From assembly GCA_965215265.1 (NCBI GenBank), contig OZ244048.1, positions 128,001 to 192,000 on the forward strand: a stretch of DNA of 64,000 nt, read 5' to 3'. Below are positions 26,404 through 36,037 of the stretch, piece after piece. The stretch is from Candidatus Poribacteria bacterium (lineage in GTDB: Bacteria; Poribacteria; WGA-4E; WGA-3G). The number at the start of each line of letters is the position of its first letter. Position 1 is the stretch's first letter. The notes below the pieces were generated by a model that was given only the letters and a program-made list of their open reading frames with translations, had not been told where the DNA came from and made no database searches. Both the position numbers and the translations under genes were made by a program.

Positions 26404-28017
26404 TTGAAAAAAGTATGGATTGGCATTATAGTACTACTGATAATAGGGGTTATTATCGTGATAAGGTTTCAGGAACCGGATACGCCGGTAGAGGAACTGC
26501 CAGAAACTGTAATCCTTAAGCCGGTGGAGGTTACAAAAGCCAAACGGGGTGAAATTCGTTCGGAACTTGAGTTATCAGGAACAATTGAAGCAGAGGCACA
26601 GGTCAGTGTATTTCCCAAAATTTCCGGACGCATCATCTCACTTTCCATAGATGAAGGGAATAGGGTGAAAAAAGGCGATGTGTTAGCAATTATTGAGCAT
26701 GAGGAGCTGGAGTTGGCTGTACAACAGGCAGAGGCGACGTTGGAAGCCGCTGAAAGCGCCTACAAGCAGACGAAGCTGCTCGCAGAAGTCCGCGTCAGGG
26801 CACAGATTGCACAAGCGCAGGCCCAATTTGATGCGGCGACAAGCTCACTCCAACAAGTGGAAGACCTCTCTGAAATCCGGGCGGTGACACAGATCGAACA
26901 AGCAGAAGCCGGATTGGACGCCCTTGTCGCCAATCTTCAAAAAATTAAGAGCGGTGCGCGCAGCGAAGACCGGCAGCAAGCACGTGCGGCTCTGAACCAA
27001 GCTGAGGCAAATCTCGAAAACGCCAAGCGCAACTATGCTCGTATGGAGAAACTCTTTCAAAACGGTGCGATTAGCGAACAGTCACTTGAAAGCACCAAGA
27101 CGCAGTTAGACATTTCGAAAGCACAACATAAGATTGCCTCAGAACAACTTCAACTGATTGATAACGGTTCAAGGATTGAGGATATCCAAGCGGTGGAAGC
27201 ACAAGTTGAACAAGCCTCTGCGGTTCTAAGATTAGCGCAAACGCAGGCGGCGACGCGAACGTGGGAAAAGGACATCGCGCTCGCCGAGGCACAAGTTGAA
27301 ACGGCACGGGCGGCCCTCACCTCGGCGCGAGCCTTAGAGAACGCTAAAAGTTGGGAGGGAGAAATTACGACTGCGAGAACGACTAGAACGCAAGCACACG
27401 TGGCTTTGAAGCTTGCACAGAAACGCCTACGGGATGCGACGATTACCGCCCCAATTACAGGCGTTGTCTCACAACGTTACCTTGAATTGGGCAGCATGGC
27501 GGCCCCTACAGCACCGATATTTGAGATTGTTGATATTGACACGCTCAAAACCACCGTTGAGGTAATTGAGGCACAGTTAAGCCAATTGTCAGTAGATCAG
27601 TCGGCAAGCGTGGAGATTGATGGGATAAGTACGCCTCTCTCCTCTAGAGTGGCGTTTATCAGTCCTACAATACAGCCGACGCGCCGCACGGCAACTGTAG
27701 AATTTCAGATTGAGAATCCAGATAGCAGGCTTAAACCGGGCATGTTCGCCAAAGTCACCGTGCCGATTAAGGTTAACGCCGATGCAATTCTAATTTCACG
27801 TTCTGCACTGATTGAAAACAGTGATGCACAGCAACGCGGGGCGCGCTCCGTTTTTGTAATTGAAAACGGTATGAGCCAGCGACGTGCCGTGCAGATTGGG
27901 CTTTTAAAAGAAGGATTGGCTGAAATCCTCAGTGGGCTCGCAGAAGGCGAAGCGGTTGTTACTGCAGGACAGCATTCTCTCAAAGATGGCGAGAACGTTA
28001 CAGTCGTCAATCCGTAG
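26404..28017 (+). CDS. Efflux periplasmic adaptor (HlyD/AcrA-like) with very long coiled coil
   Basis: N-terminal TM; PKISGRI..L.IDEGNRVKKGD and ITAPITGVV lipoyl halves; LKPGMFAKV. Confidence 0.88.
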   Translation: MKKVWIGIIVLLIIGVIIVIRFQEPDTPVEELPETVILKPVEVTKAKRGEIRSELELSGTIEAEAQVSVFPKISGRIISLSIDEGNRVKKGDVLAIIEHEELELAVQQAEATLEAAESAYKQTKLLAEVRVRAQIAQAQAQFDAATSSLQQVEDLSEIRAVTQIEQAEAGLDALVANLQKIKSGARSEDRQQARAALNQAEANLENAKRNYARMEKLFQNGAISEQSLESTKTQLDISKAQHKIASEQLQLIDNGSRIEDIQAVEAQVEQASAVLRLAQTQAATRTWEKDIALAEAQVETARAALTSARALENAKSWEGEITTARTTRTQAHVALKLAQKRLRDATITAPITGVVSQRYLELGSMAAPTAPIFEIVDIDTLKTTVEVIEAQLSQLSVDQSASVEIDGISTPLSSRVAFISPTIQPTRRTATVEFQIENPDSRLKPGMFAKVTVPIKVNADAILISRSALIENSDAQQRGARSVFVIENGMSQRRAVQIGLLKEGLAEILSGLAEGEAVVTAGQHSLKDGENVTVVNP

Positions 28018-28087
28018 TCAATTTTCGTTGGAGCAAAGCTCGCGTCCGCATTTCATTAGAGACATTTTGGCCATTTCGAAAAAAAAC

Positions 28088-28116
28088 TTGACTCAAGCAT
28101 CGGGGTACTGTAGCAT
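28088..28116 (+). promoter_or_regulatory. Sigma70-like promoter
   Basis: TTGACT-17 nt-TAGCAT upstream of the GHMP kinase. Confidence 0.45.
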
Positions 28117-28150
28117 GAGATAACATCGCCGATTAGAAACCCAATCATGG

Positions 28151-29746
28151 ATGAAGCAAATGAAAGTGGAAAAACTTCACGGGTCTGCAGTTATGTCGTC
28201 CCAACTTGTTGAGTTGGAGAGGCTTATACAAGAAGATTCAGCGTGCATCTTCGGGCCGTTTGGGTTTCAGAAGAGCGGAAGAGTTGTTGTGACAAGTGCA
28301 CCGGCGCGGCTTGATATTATGGGCGGTATTGCAGATTACTGCGGTGCGAACGTCTTTGAAATGACGCTCAGCCGCACTGCGACTGTTATCTCTCAAGCGC
28401 GTGAAGATAGGAACATCCGGGCAGTCACACTGGGCATCGGATCCCAATTTTTCCTGCAGACACCGCATTTTGAGACTGAAGAGAATATCCAATGGTTAGG
28501 CAATCAGAGGGTAAAGAGTGGTTTTCAGATATCGCTTGATGATTTCTATAGTAATGGGAATCTCAAAACTTACTCCGAGATTCATGAACTGCTCAGCAAG
28601 AACTCGATGTCTGCCTGGGTCGGGTATATCCTCGGTGCTTTTTATGTACTTCTTAAAGAAGGCTGGGTGGACCAGTTTAAACACGGGGCGGCAATTATTC
28701 TCAGCAGCAATATTCCGAGCGGCACGGGCATTGCATCCTCTGCGGCGATTGAGGTGGCAGCCTTGATGGGAATTAACAGGCTCTACAATCTGAATTTGAG
28801 TGAACTTGAGCTGGCTATAGCTGCCCAAATCGTTGAAAATCGTGTTGTTGGTGCGCCGTGCGGTATTATGGACCAGGTGACTGTGACATCAGGCACCTCG
28901 GAAAAGGTGCTTTCTATTCGATGTCAGCCTCGTGCGCTGCCGCAAGCAAAAGAGAGGGGCAGTTTTTCAGGGCAGACTCACATAGCCGAAGCCCCTTATG
29001 AAATCCTTGAATACGTCTCGTGTCCGATGCATGTCAGTTTCATTGGAATTGATACGAAAGCCCCGCGAAGTACCACAAGCGATGCCTATATTGACACCCG
29101 GACTGCTGCTTTTATGGGTTTGACAATTTTACAGCATGAATTAAAATTCGAGAGTAACTATCTGTGCAACTTGTCTGTTCAAGAATTTCATGAACGGTGT
29201 GAACCGTTGTTGCCAGAGCGTATGCACGGAGCGGCGTTTCTTACAAAATACGGTGAGACCGTGGATACTGTGACCTCGGTCAGTCCGGAGAAAGTTTACG
29301 CTATCCGGAATTGCGTGCAGCATCCGATTTACGAAAACGCGCGGGTTAAGCAATTTATTACCGCCCTTAAAAATGTAGACAGATACCCGGAACGCAGGTA
29401 TGAGTATCTCAGAGAAGCTGGGGAGTTGATGTACGAATCAAACAAGAGTTATCGAGAACTCGCTGGGCTGGGTTCGCCTGAGGTAGATGGGCTTATCAAC
29501 ATTGTTCGAAAAATTGGAGAACAGGGTGGTATTTACGGTGCGAAAATTACGGGGGGTGGGGGCGGCGGCACTGTGGCTTTGCTCTGCTATGGTACTATGT
29601 CGCCCGCCTTGACACAAATTCTTGCTGCCTATAAGCTCGCTTGGGGACTTGAGGCAGACAGTTTTATAGGCACTGCTCCCGGCGCTTATGAATTTGACCA
29701 CCACTTGTGGGAATTGAAAGAGAGTGAACCGCTTACACATTTTTAG
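28151..29746 (+). CDS. GHMP sugar kinase, galactokinase/L-arabinokinase-like
   Basis: APARLDIMGGIADY, IPSGTGIASSAAIEVA, GAPCGIMDQ and GAKITGGGGGGTV motifs. Confidence 0.85.
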   Translation: MKQMKVEKLHGSAVMSSQLVELERLIQEDSACIFGPFGFQKSGRVVVTSAPARLDIMGGIADYCGANVFEMTLSRTATVISQAREDRNIRAVTLGIGSQFFLQTPHFETEENIQWLGNQRVKSGFQISLDDFYSNGNLKTYSEIHELLSKNSMSAWVGYILGAFYVLLKEGWVDQFKHGAAIILSSNIPSGTGIASSAAIEVAALMGINRLYNLNLSELELAIAAQIVENRVVGAPCGIMDQVTVTSGTSEKVLSIRCQPRALPQAKERGSFSGQTHIAEAPYEILEYVSCPMHVSFIGIDTKAPRSTTSDAYIDTRTAAFMGLTILQHELKFESNYLCNLSVQEFHERCEPLLPERMHGAAFLTKYGETVDTVTSVSPEKVYAIRNCVQHPIYENARVKQFITALKNVDRYPERRYEYLREAGELMYESNKSYRELAGLGSPEVDGLINIVRKIGEQGGIYGAKITGGGGGGTVALLCYGTMSPALTQILAAYKLAWGLEADSFIGTAPGAYEFDHHLWELKESEPLTHF

Positions 29747-29831
29747 GGTGTACTCCGGCCAAATAGGCAGTGATGAGCAAGGCAGCGGTATAAAAAAAAT
29801 AGTGAAACATTTTAGAAAGTGAAAGTAAACT

Positions 29832-31820
29832 GTGCAAAACTCACAATCTCTTAATGAGGGTAGCTTAGCGGCAGAACCGCGTAACCGCACCGATATCGGC
29901 GTTACTTGGCGTGCAATTCTGATCGCTCTTTTCCTCATTCCGCCTAATGTATTTTGGGTCATTGAAGTTGAGTGTGTCTGGCATTCCGGACACCCGACTA
30001 CGATATCCCTATTCTGGAACGTTGTCCTCAACATCTTTTTTCTGATTTTGATAAACCTGTTTATCAAGCGTGTTGCCCCGAAGGCTGCGTTAACACAAGG
30101 CGAGATGATTACCATCTACGCGATGCTCTCCATCGCCTCTGGTTTGGCGGGGCACGATACGCTGGCTCTCACAATTCCGGCCCTCCCGCATGCCTTCTGG
30201 TTCGCAACAATAGAGAATGATTGGGCGGACATGTTCCACACGTATATCCCGCAGCATCTTGTGGTTGCCGACAAGGAACTGATTCGGGGATTTTACGAAG
30301 GCAATACGCCATTCTACAACGCGAAGATTGGTGGGGCGTGGATAAAGCCTACGTTGTGGTGGACCTCGTTTATCCTCGCCCTTGGTACGATTATGATCTG
30401 TCTGAATGTGCTAATTCGGAAGCAGTGGACAGAGCACGAAAAATTGGCGTATCCGATTATCCAGCTGCCGATGGCCATAACGGAGCGCGGTGGGACCGCC
30501 ACACTGTTCCGGAATCGGATTTTGTGGTACGGTTTTATCATCGCTGCAGTATTGAATATATGGCACGGCCTGGCACACTTTTTCCCGGTGTTACCTGATT
30601 TCAGCGTCCGGCATAATGCCCGCAATTGGGGCAGATTCTTTACAGAAAAACCGTGGAACGCTGTGGGAAATATTCCGGTTCCGTTCTACCCGTTCGTGAT
30701 TGGCTTAGGGTTTCTGCTCCCGCTCGACCTCTCTTTTTCGATGTGGTTTTTCTTTTTGTTTGAGAAGGCGCAGCGAGTTTTCGGGAGTGCCTTGGCAATT
30801 CCAGCCCCGTTCCCTTATAACAGCGAACAATCCATCGGGGGCTGGATGGCAATTTTCGTCATCGCCCTCCTTGTCACACGCAAACACATTGCGAAGGTTG
30901 TCCGCACCGTTTTGGGGGTGCATGGCGGTATTGACGACTCTCAAGAGCCGATCCGTTATCGGACAGCAATTCTGTTGATAGTGCTTGCGAGTCTCTATAT
31001 TATTTGGTTCTGCCTGAAGGCCGGGATGACGCTTCCGATTATTCTGCCGTTCTTTGCTTTTTTCTACGCCATTTCAATAGCCATCACGCGTGTACGTGCG
31101 GAGCTCGGCCCGCCTGCGCATGAAATGGCTGGTATGTGTAACGCGCAGCAGTTCCTCATCAATATCTTAGGTACGCGTGCGATCGGACCCAATAATTTGA
31201 CTGTTTTCCCCTATTTCTGGTTTTTCAGTGGGCGCGGCTACCGTGAACACATTATGCCGCATCAATTAGAGGCTTTCAAAATGGCAGAACGTGCGAAAAT
31301 GAATACCAAACGACTCGTACTCGCGATGGTTATTGCTGTCGTTTTCGGTTCTCTTGCCTCCTTTTGGGTGACACTCAGCGAACTCTATCGCTTAGGTGGT
31401 GCGATAACCGGTGCCGGAGGCGGCATCGGCCCATCTGTTGGACATATTGGACAATTTGGCTGGCTCGCAGGGCTGTTTGCGTTCCCACGCGACCCGGATA
31501 TTCCGGCGATGAGTTTCATGGCCGGCGGAATGTTCTTCACTTTCTTCCTGATGATCATGCGGATGCGATTCATTTGGTGGCCTCTCCACCCCGCCGGTTA
31601 TCCTATCTCTATGACGTTTGGTGTAGGTTATTTTTGGAGCTGCCTCGTTATTAGCAGCTTCCTCAAGTGGATGGCTCTCCGTTTCGGTGGCCCCGGCACC
31701 TATCGCAAAATGGTCTTCTTCTTTTTTGGTGTTATCCTTGGCGAATACTGTGTCGGGGCGTTCTGGAGCGTCTTGAGCGTCATTATTCGAGAACCGATCT
31801 ATGACTTCGCCCCGGGTTAG
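29832..31820 (+). CDS. Polytopic membrane protein (DUF6785/DUF6784-like putative transporter)
   Basis: About 16 TM segments; LIRKQWTEHEKLAYPI, TRVRAELG and WWPLHPAGY motifs. Confidence 0.65.
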   Translation: MQNSQSLNEGSLAAEPRNRTDIGVTWRAILIALFLIPPNVFWVIEVECVWHSGHPTTISLFWNVVLNIFFLILINLFIKRVAPKAALTQGEMITIYAMLSIASGLAGHDTLALTIPALPHAFWFATIENDWADMFHTYIPQHLVVADKELIRGFYEGNTPFYNAKIGGAWIKPTLWWTSFILALGTIMICLNVLIRKQWTEHEKLAYPIIQLPMAITERGGTATLFRNRILWYGFIIAAVLNIWHGLAHFFPVLPDFSVRHNARNWGRFFTEKPWNAVGNIPVPFYPFVIGLGFLLPLDLSFSMWFFFLFEKAQRVFGSALAIPAPFPYNSEQSIGGWMAIFVIALLVTRKHIAKVVRTVLGVHGGIDDSQEPIRYRTAILLIVLASLYIIWFCLKAGMTLPIILPFFAFFYAISIAITRVRAELGPPAHEMAGMCNAQQFLINILGTRAIGPNNLTVFPYFWFFSGRGYREHIMPHQLEAFKMAERAKMNTKRLVLAMVIAVVFGSLASFWVTLSELYRLGGAITGAGGGIGPSVGHIGQFGWLAGLFAFPRDPDIPAMSFMAGGMFFTFFLMIMRMRFIWWPLHPAGYPISMTFGVGYFWSCLVISSFLKWMALRFGGPGTYRKMVFFFFGVILGEYCVGAFWSVLSVIIREPIYDFAPG

Positions 31821-31851
31821 AATAACTGGGCTGTCGGGATATTTCCTCATT

Positions 31852-32910
31852 ATGACAAAAATCTCAACAATTTACTTGTGGGCCCCGTCCATCATTCTCA
31901 TGTTATTAAGTAGCAGTATCTCGGCAGATGAAGGCAGCCATGCCGCTGAATTTCTCAGCCACGGTGTGGGTGCGCGCGCATTAGGAATGGGCAGTGCATT
32001 CGTCGCTGTCGCAGACGATGCCACCGCTACCTATTGGAATCCTGCCGGACTCACCAGAGTCAAAAAACATAGTTTTGCTGCCATGTACTCTGATACATTT
32101 AGCACTGGAGACGGGAATTGGCTGAGCAGAGGTTTGGTTAACTATAATTTCATGAACTACGTCTACCAAATTGAAGACATCGGGAGCCTCGGGCTGAGTT
32201 GGATCCGGCTCGGTGTTGACGATATCCCGCGCACCACTTTCATTGACACCAACGGTAATGGCATCTTGGGCGATTTTCAGGATAAAAACGGCAATGACAT
32301 TAAAGAGTCCGGCGAACCTTATATTGATCGTCCGGAGGTTGCAGAGTATTTTAGCAATACCGATACTGCGATTTTAATCTCCTATGCACGTCAACTGCAT
32401 TCTATGGCAGCTGTGGGGCTAAACTTCAAATTCCTTAATCAGGTGATTTTTGAGAACACCGGCCGCGGCTATGGGGTTGATATCGGTGTGATGGTGGCAC
32501 CGTACCGTGGGCTCCGACTCGGTACGCTGTTATTAGATGCGACAGGCACGCAGGTGCAGTGGAATACCCCGGACGAACCGACATTTACACGGGGGCGGCG
32601 GCTGAGACTCGGTGCTGCTTATCACTTCACAGCGTCACGTTTCGGCAAAGGCATCCTCGGTGCAGATTTTGAAACAGATCAGGCGGAGCTCGGGGAAGCC
32701 ACAAGTCCGGGCGGTATACTGTTTCGCATCGGTGGTGAGTATTGGCTCTTTAACACGCTCGCTGTCCGCGGCGGCTGGAATGGACATGGGCTCTCTGTCG
32801 GTACCGGCTTACGTTTGAAAGTGAATACGATGTCATTTTTTGTCGATTACGCTTTTAACACGCATACACTCGGGGGTTCGCAACGAATCTCTGTTACTGG
32901 GGAATTTTAG
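31852..32910 (+). CDS. PorV/PorQ-like (FadL-type) outer-membrane beta-barrel
   Basis: Signal peptide; GARALGMGSAFVAVADDATATYWNPAGL; VDYAF...LGGSQRISVTGEF with terminal Phe. Confidence 0.8.
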   Translation: MTKISTIYLWAPSIILMLLSSSISADEGSHAAEFLSHGVGARALGMGSAFVAVADDATATYWNPAGLTRVKKHSFAAMYSDTFSTGDGNWLSRGLVNYNFMNYVYQIEDIGSLGLSWIRLGVDDIPRTTFIDTNGNGILGDFQDKNGNDIKESGEPYIDRPEVAEYFSNTDTAILISYARQLHSMAAVGLNFKFLNQVIFENTGRGYGVDIGVMVAPYRGLRLGTLLLDATGTQVQWNTPDEPTFTRGRRLRLGAAYHFTASRFGKGILGADFETDQAELGEATSPGGILFRIGGEYWLFNTLAVRGGWNGHGLSVGTGLRLKVNTMSFFVDYAFNTHTLGGSQRISVTGEF

Positions 32911-32998
32911 ATTAGTAGTGAATTGGCAAATTGCTCAATCCGTGACTGAGATAAAAGGTAGGTACAATTTAGATTCAAATTACAAGCAATAGAAGACG

Positions 32999-34195
32999 TT
33001 AAAGAGAAGGCGCGTTCTCAAAAACCGTTTCAGTCCCTACTTGAATCCGGACAGGTGCTAAATAGTCGTGAACTGTATCCATATTTACACGCACCCCGAG
33101 CCCGGGTGCATCTGGAACCTGAACCGTGCCGTCGGATTCAATGCGCAACGGCACCGTTGTCAAACGTTGTGACAACGGCGAACCGGCGGCTGGGTACTCC
33201 AATAGGTTAAAATCCGGATTCGTCGCAAAAACGTGAAGCGAAGCGGCAAGACTGAGGTGGCTTTTGAAGGTATGGTTGACGTACTGGATGCCGTGTTGTT
33301 CTGCAAGTTGACGGACCTGGAACGCTGTCGTCATGCCGCCGATCCGGCCGACATCAATTTGCACGAATTGGACACCACCGTGGATAATTAGGTCCGCCGC
33401 CATCCGATAGGTATTTGAACCTTCACCTGCTGCAATCGGTACGGCTGGATCCATTTGAGAGAGCAAACGGTAGGCAGGAATGGCATCCGGTGCGAGCGGT
33501 TCCTCTAGCCACGTTGGAGAAAATTGTGCAAACGCTTCGGCACGCCGGTAAGCCGTCTCATAATCTTCTTTCCATACGACACCGGCATCGATCATAATTT
33601 GTGCTTCTTCGTGCATACCGTCCCTTGCAGCACGCACAAGCGCGAGGTCATTTGCTTCCCCCAATTTCCCCATCGGCCCCCATCCGAACTTGGCAGCACG
33701 ATATCCTTGTTGACGCAAACCTACTGCAATCTGATAGGTAGCCTTTGGCGTGTCTCCAAAGAGAACAGACGCGTACGGCAGTTTCGGATGTGCTATAGTA
33801 GATGTGCCTGACATCGCTGCCAATAAACGGTAGACAGGTTTCTCTAGATGCTGTCCCATAATATCCCACAAGGCGATATCCGCGCCGCTGTAGGCATGTT
33901 GGATATGCTGAATATCCAAACCGTTCCGCATCGCCTTCTCATGAAGTCGAAGTACATCTTCAACACTGTCAAACGTTTCACCAATCAACGACGTACGAAT
34001 GTTGATGATATTCCCGTGTGACATTGGGCAGCAGTAGGCAGCGATAGATACTAAAGGCGAGGCATCGCATTCACCCCAACCTTCCAGCCCGGTATCAGTC
34101 CGAATTCGGACCAAGAGAGTATCTTGTGTACCATCCGCTGCATCTGTGATGTCAGGCATACGTAAATAGAACGGATCAACAGCGATAATTTCCAT
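32999..34195 (-). CDS. Mandelate racemase/muconate lactonizing family enzyme
   Basis: LVRIRTDTGLEGWGE, DIALWDIMG, AAKFGWG, MIDAG, WLEEP, AAGEG and PGLGV motifs. Confidence 0.9.
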   Translation of the reverse strand: MEIIAVDPFYLRMPDITDAADGTQDTLLVRIRTDTGLEGWGECDASPLVSIAAYCCPMSHGNIINIRTSLIGETFDSVEDVLRLHEKAMRNGLDIQHIQHAYSGADIALWDIMGQHLEKPVYRLLAAMSGTSTIAHPKLPYASVLFGDTPKATYQIAVGLRQQGYRAAKFGWGPMGKLGEANDLALVRAARDGMHEEAQIMIDAGVVWKEDYETAYRRAEAFAQFSPTWLEEPLAPDAIPAYRLLSQMDPAVPIAAGEGSNTYRMAADLIIHGGVQFVQIDVGRIGGMTTAFQVRQLAEQHGIQYVNHTFKSHLSLAASLHVFATNPDFNLLEYPAAGSPLSQRLTTVPLRIESDGTVQVPDAPGLGVRVNMDTVHDYLAPVRIQVGTETVFENAPSL

Positions 34196-34264
34196 GTTTT
34201 TGTTTAGAGATTGCCTGCAAATCGTTCCGACATCCGATTAATTTGTCATCAGAGTCTTTTTGGC

Positions 34265-34744
34265 TTAGTCTTTTTCACTATTGCCGTTTGGCAAACGTTC
34301 CGGGGCTCCGGTCTTCTCCGTTGCCTTAGCGGATACAATCCGGAGCATTGATATGACAAACCACCCGAATAGCCCTGCGGCGGCACCAGCACATACCGCA
34401 AAGGCAGCCCCCTTTGACGTGCCAAGCCGATCCAACGTTTCGCGATCCAGTTCACATGAAAGATTTTTTAGATTTCTAAGCGTGAGACTCTCTCTTTCGC
34501 CGTGTTGTATGTACTCAAGAGTTGGGGGCTGTGAGCCCTCCATTTTCAGTTCGGCGTTCCAAGAGTCGGTTGTCACATTGATATGATTTTCTCCGGTGTC
34601 ACCGACCCAACTGGTTTTCACTCCTTCTACACCGGAAGCGTTACGAATCGGTTCAAGACGCGTACGCGCGAGGATGCTTCCCACAAGGTCGATGGCAATG
34701 TCTTTAGATTTTGCTAAGGCATTTTTTAAATTTGTCGAATTCAC
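34265..34744 (-). CDS. Hypothetical protein with one C-terminal TM helix
   Basis: Open frame; probable GTG start at 34744 after GAGGAG (track start 34822); hydrophobic AAFAVCAGAAAGLFGWFVISML. Confidence 0.5.
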   Translation of the reverse strand: MNSTNLKNALAKSKDIAIDLVGSILARTRLEPIRNASGVEGVKTSWVGDTGENHINVTTDSWNAELKMEGSQPPTLEYIQHGERESLTLRNLKNLSCELDRETLDRLGTSKGAAFAVCAGAAAGLFGWFVISMLRIVSAKATEKTGAPERLPNGNSEKD

Positions 34745-35001
34745 AGTTTTCTCCTCTTTTTCTCGCAACAGGTCAAAAAGTCCCTCGCGAGATAGGTTAA
34801 AGCACTTTCTTGCTAAACTCACCTGAGCACTACTGGATATAAGATAACGTGAGTTGTATAAAAGAGAGTTGCGTTCGGTATAAAGTAACTCCTATAGTAT
34901 AATCGGGGCAGCAACCACTGAACCGGAAGGAGTTGTTTCTGAATATTATATCGCTTTTATGAGAAATTGACACCTTTTTTTCCGTCTAAAAAACAGAACT
35001 C

Positions 35002-35880
35002 CTACTTTGAGTCGTCCATCAGTTCGTGCCAGAAAGAACGGGAGGGGCGGTTCATGTTGTCGTACATCCGATAGGTTCCGTTTTTGCAGAATTCATAGAG
35101 CGCCTGCGTTAAAGGAATTTCAAAACCGGCTGTTTCTGCTTCCTGAAGAAAATAGGGTAATTCTGGAAATTTCACGACGAGGTTATCGCCTGTGCCGTCC
35201 AGGATGCGTGAGGCGATTCTGTCAAATTCGCCACGCCATCCGTTGCCCATGCCGACAGCTTCTCGAATAGCTTGCGGTTCAACCCCTGCGCGAATACCGA
35301 AAGCGATTGCTTCCATAAACGCGGCACTTCCAAGTCCCATCGCCAATTGGTTAACCCCTTTAACGATTTGTCCAGTTCCACTTTCGCCACAGTAAACGAC
35401 GAACTTCGGTTCGCCGAGAATTTCAAGTATCGGGCGGCAGCTTTGGACAACTTCTGGAGCACCTCCGACAAAAATTCGGAGTGTCCCGGTTGATGAGCCG
35501 TGGGGACCGCCGCTGACAGGTGCGTCTATGAGCGTTGCCCCTTGCCGTGTGAATGCTTCGGACAAACGGCGGGTTTCAGAGGCTTTTGTGGTGCCGAGGT
35601 CGATGAAGACTTGCCCGTTGCGGGCGTTTGGAATCAGTTCGCTCTCGGCGACGTTAACGAAAATATCAGATGAGCGAAGGCTGCATAGGATAACATCACT
35701 TTGTGTGACGACATCGGTTGCATTAACCGCTGCGGTTGCACCAGCTTCGGCAAGCACGGTACATTTCTCAGGTTCTATATCAAAGCCGATGAGCGGATAG
35801 CCGGCGTTTAGAAGATTTTTTGCCATGTACCCACCCATATTTCCGAGTCCAATAAAACCGGTCATTTTTTGAGAATTCAT
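35002..35880 (-). CDS. NAD(P)-dependent beta-hydroxyacid dehydrogenase (HIBADH/tartronate semialdehyde reductase family)
   Basis: GFIGLGNMG, DAPVSGG and KGVNQ motifs. Confidence 0.9.
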   Translation of the reverse strand: MNSQKMTGFIGLGNMGGYMAKNLLNAGYPLIGFDIEPEKCTVLAEAGATAAVNATDVVTQSDVILCSLRSSDIFVNVAESELIPNARNGQVFIDLGTTKASETRRLSEAFTRQGATLIDAPVSGGPHGSSTGTLRIFVGGAPEVVQSCRPILEILGEPKFVVYCGESGTGQIVKGVNQLAMGLGSAAFMEAIAFGIRAGVEPQAIREAVGMGNGWRGEFDRIASRILDGTGDNLVVKFPELPYFLQEAETAGFEIPLTQALYEFCKNGTYRMYDNMNRPSRSFWHELMDDSK

Positions 35881-36037
35881 CGGGGGCTCCATTTTTCTTG
35901 TATCATTCACTAATGAAAGAAATGATCTGTTGGATTTCAGCCTCGATTTTTTTTATTTTCATGCAACCGTGCCTATAAAGTTGAGGCGGCCGGGCACTAG
36001 CGAGGCTGCCAAGCGCGCCTACAACGATTTGTGTACG

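Noticed and set aside
34963-34989. GAAATT-N15-GTCTAA RpoE-like promoter on the + strand
   Set aside because: The spacing is short and no sense gene lies downstream; insufficient support.
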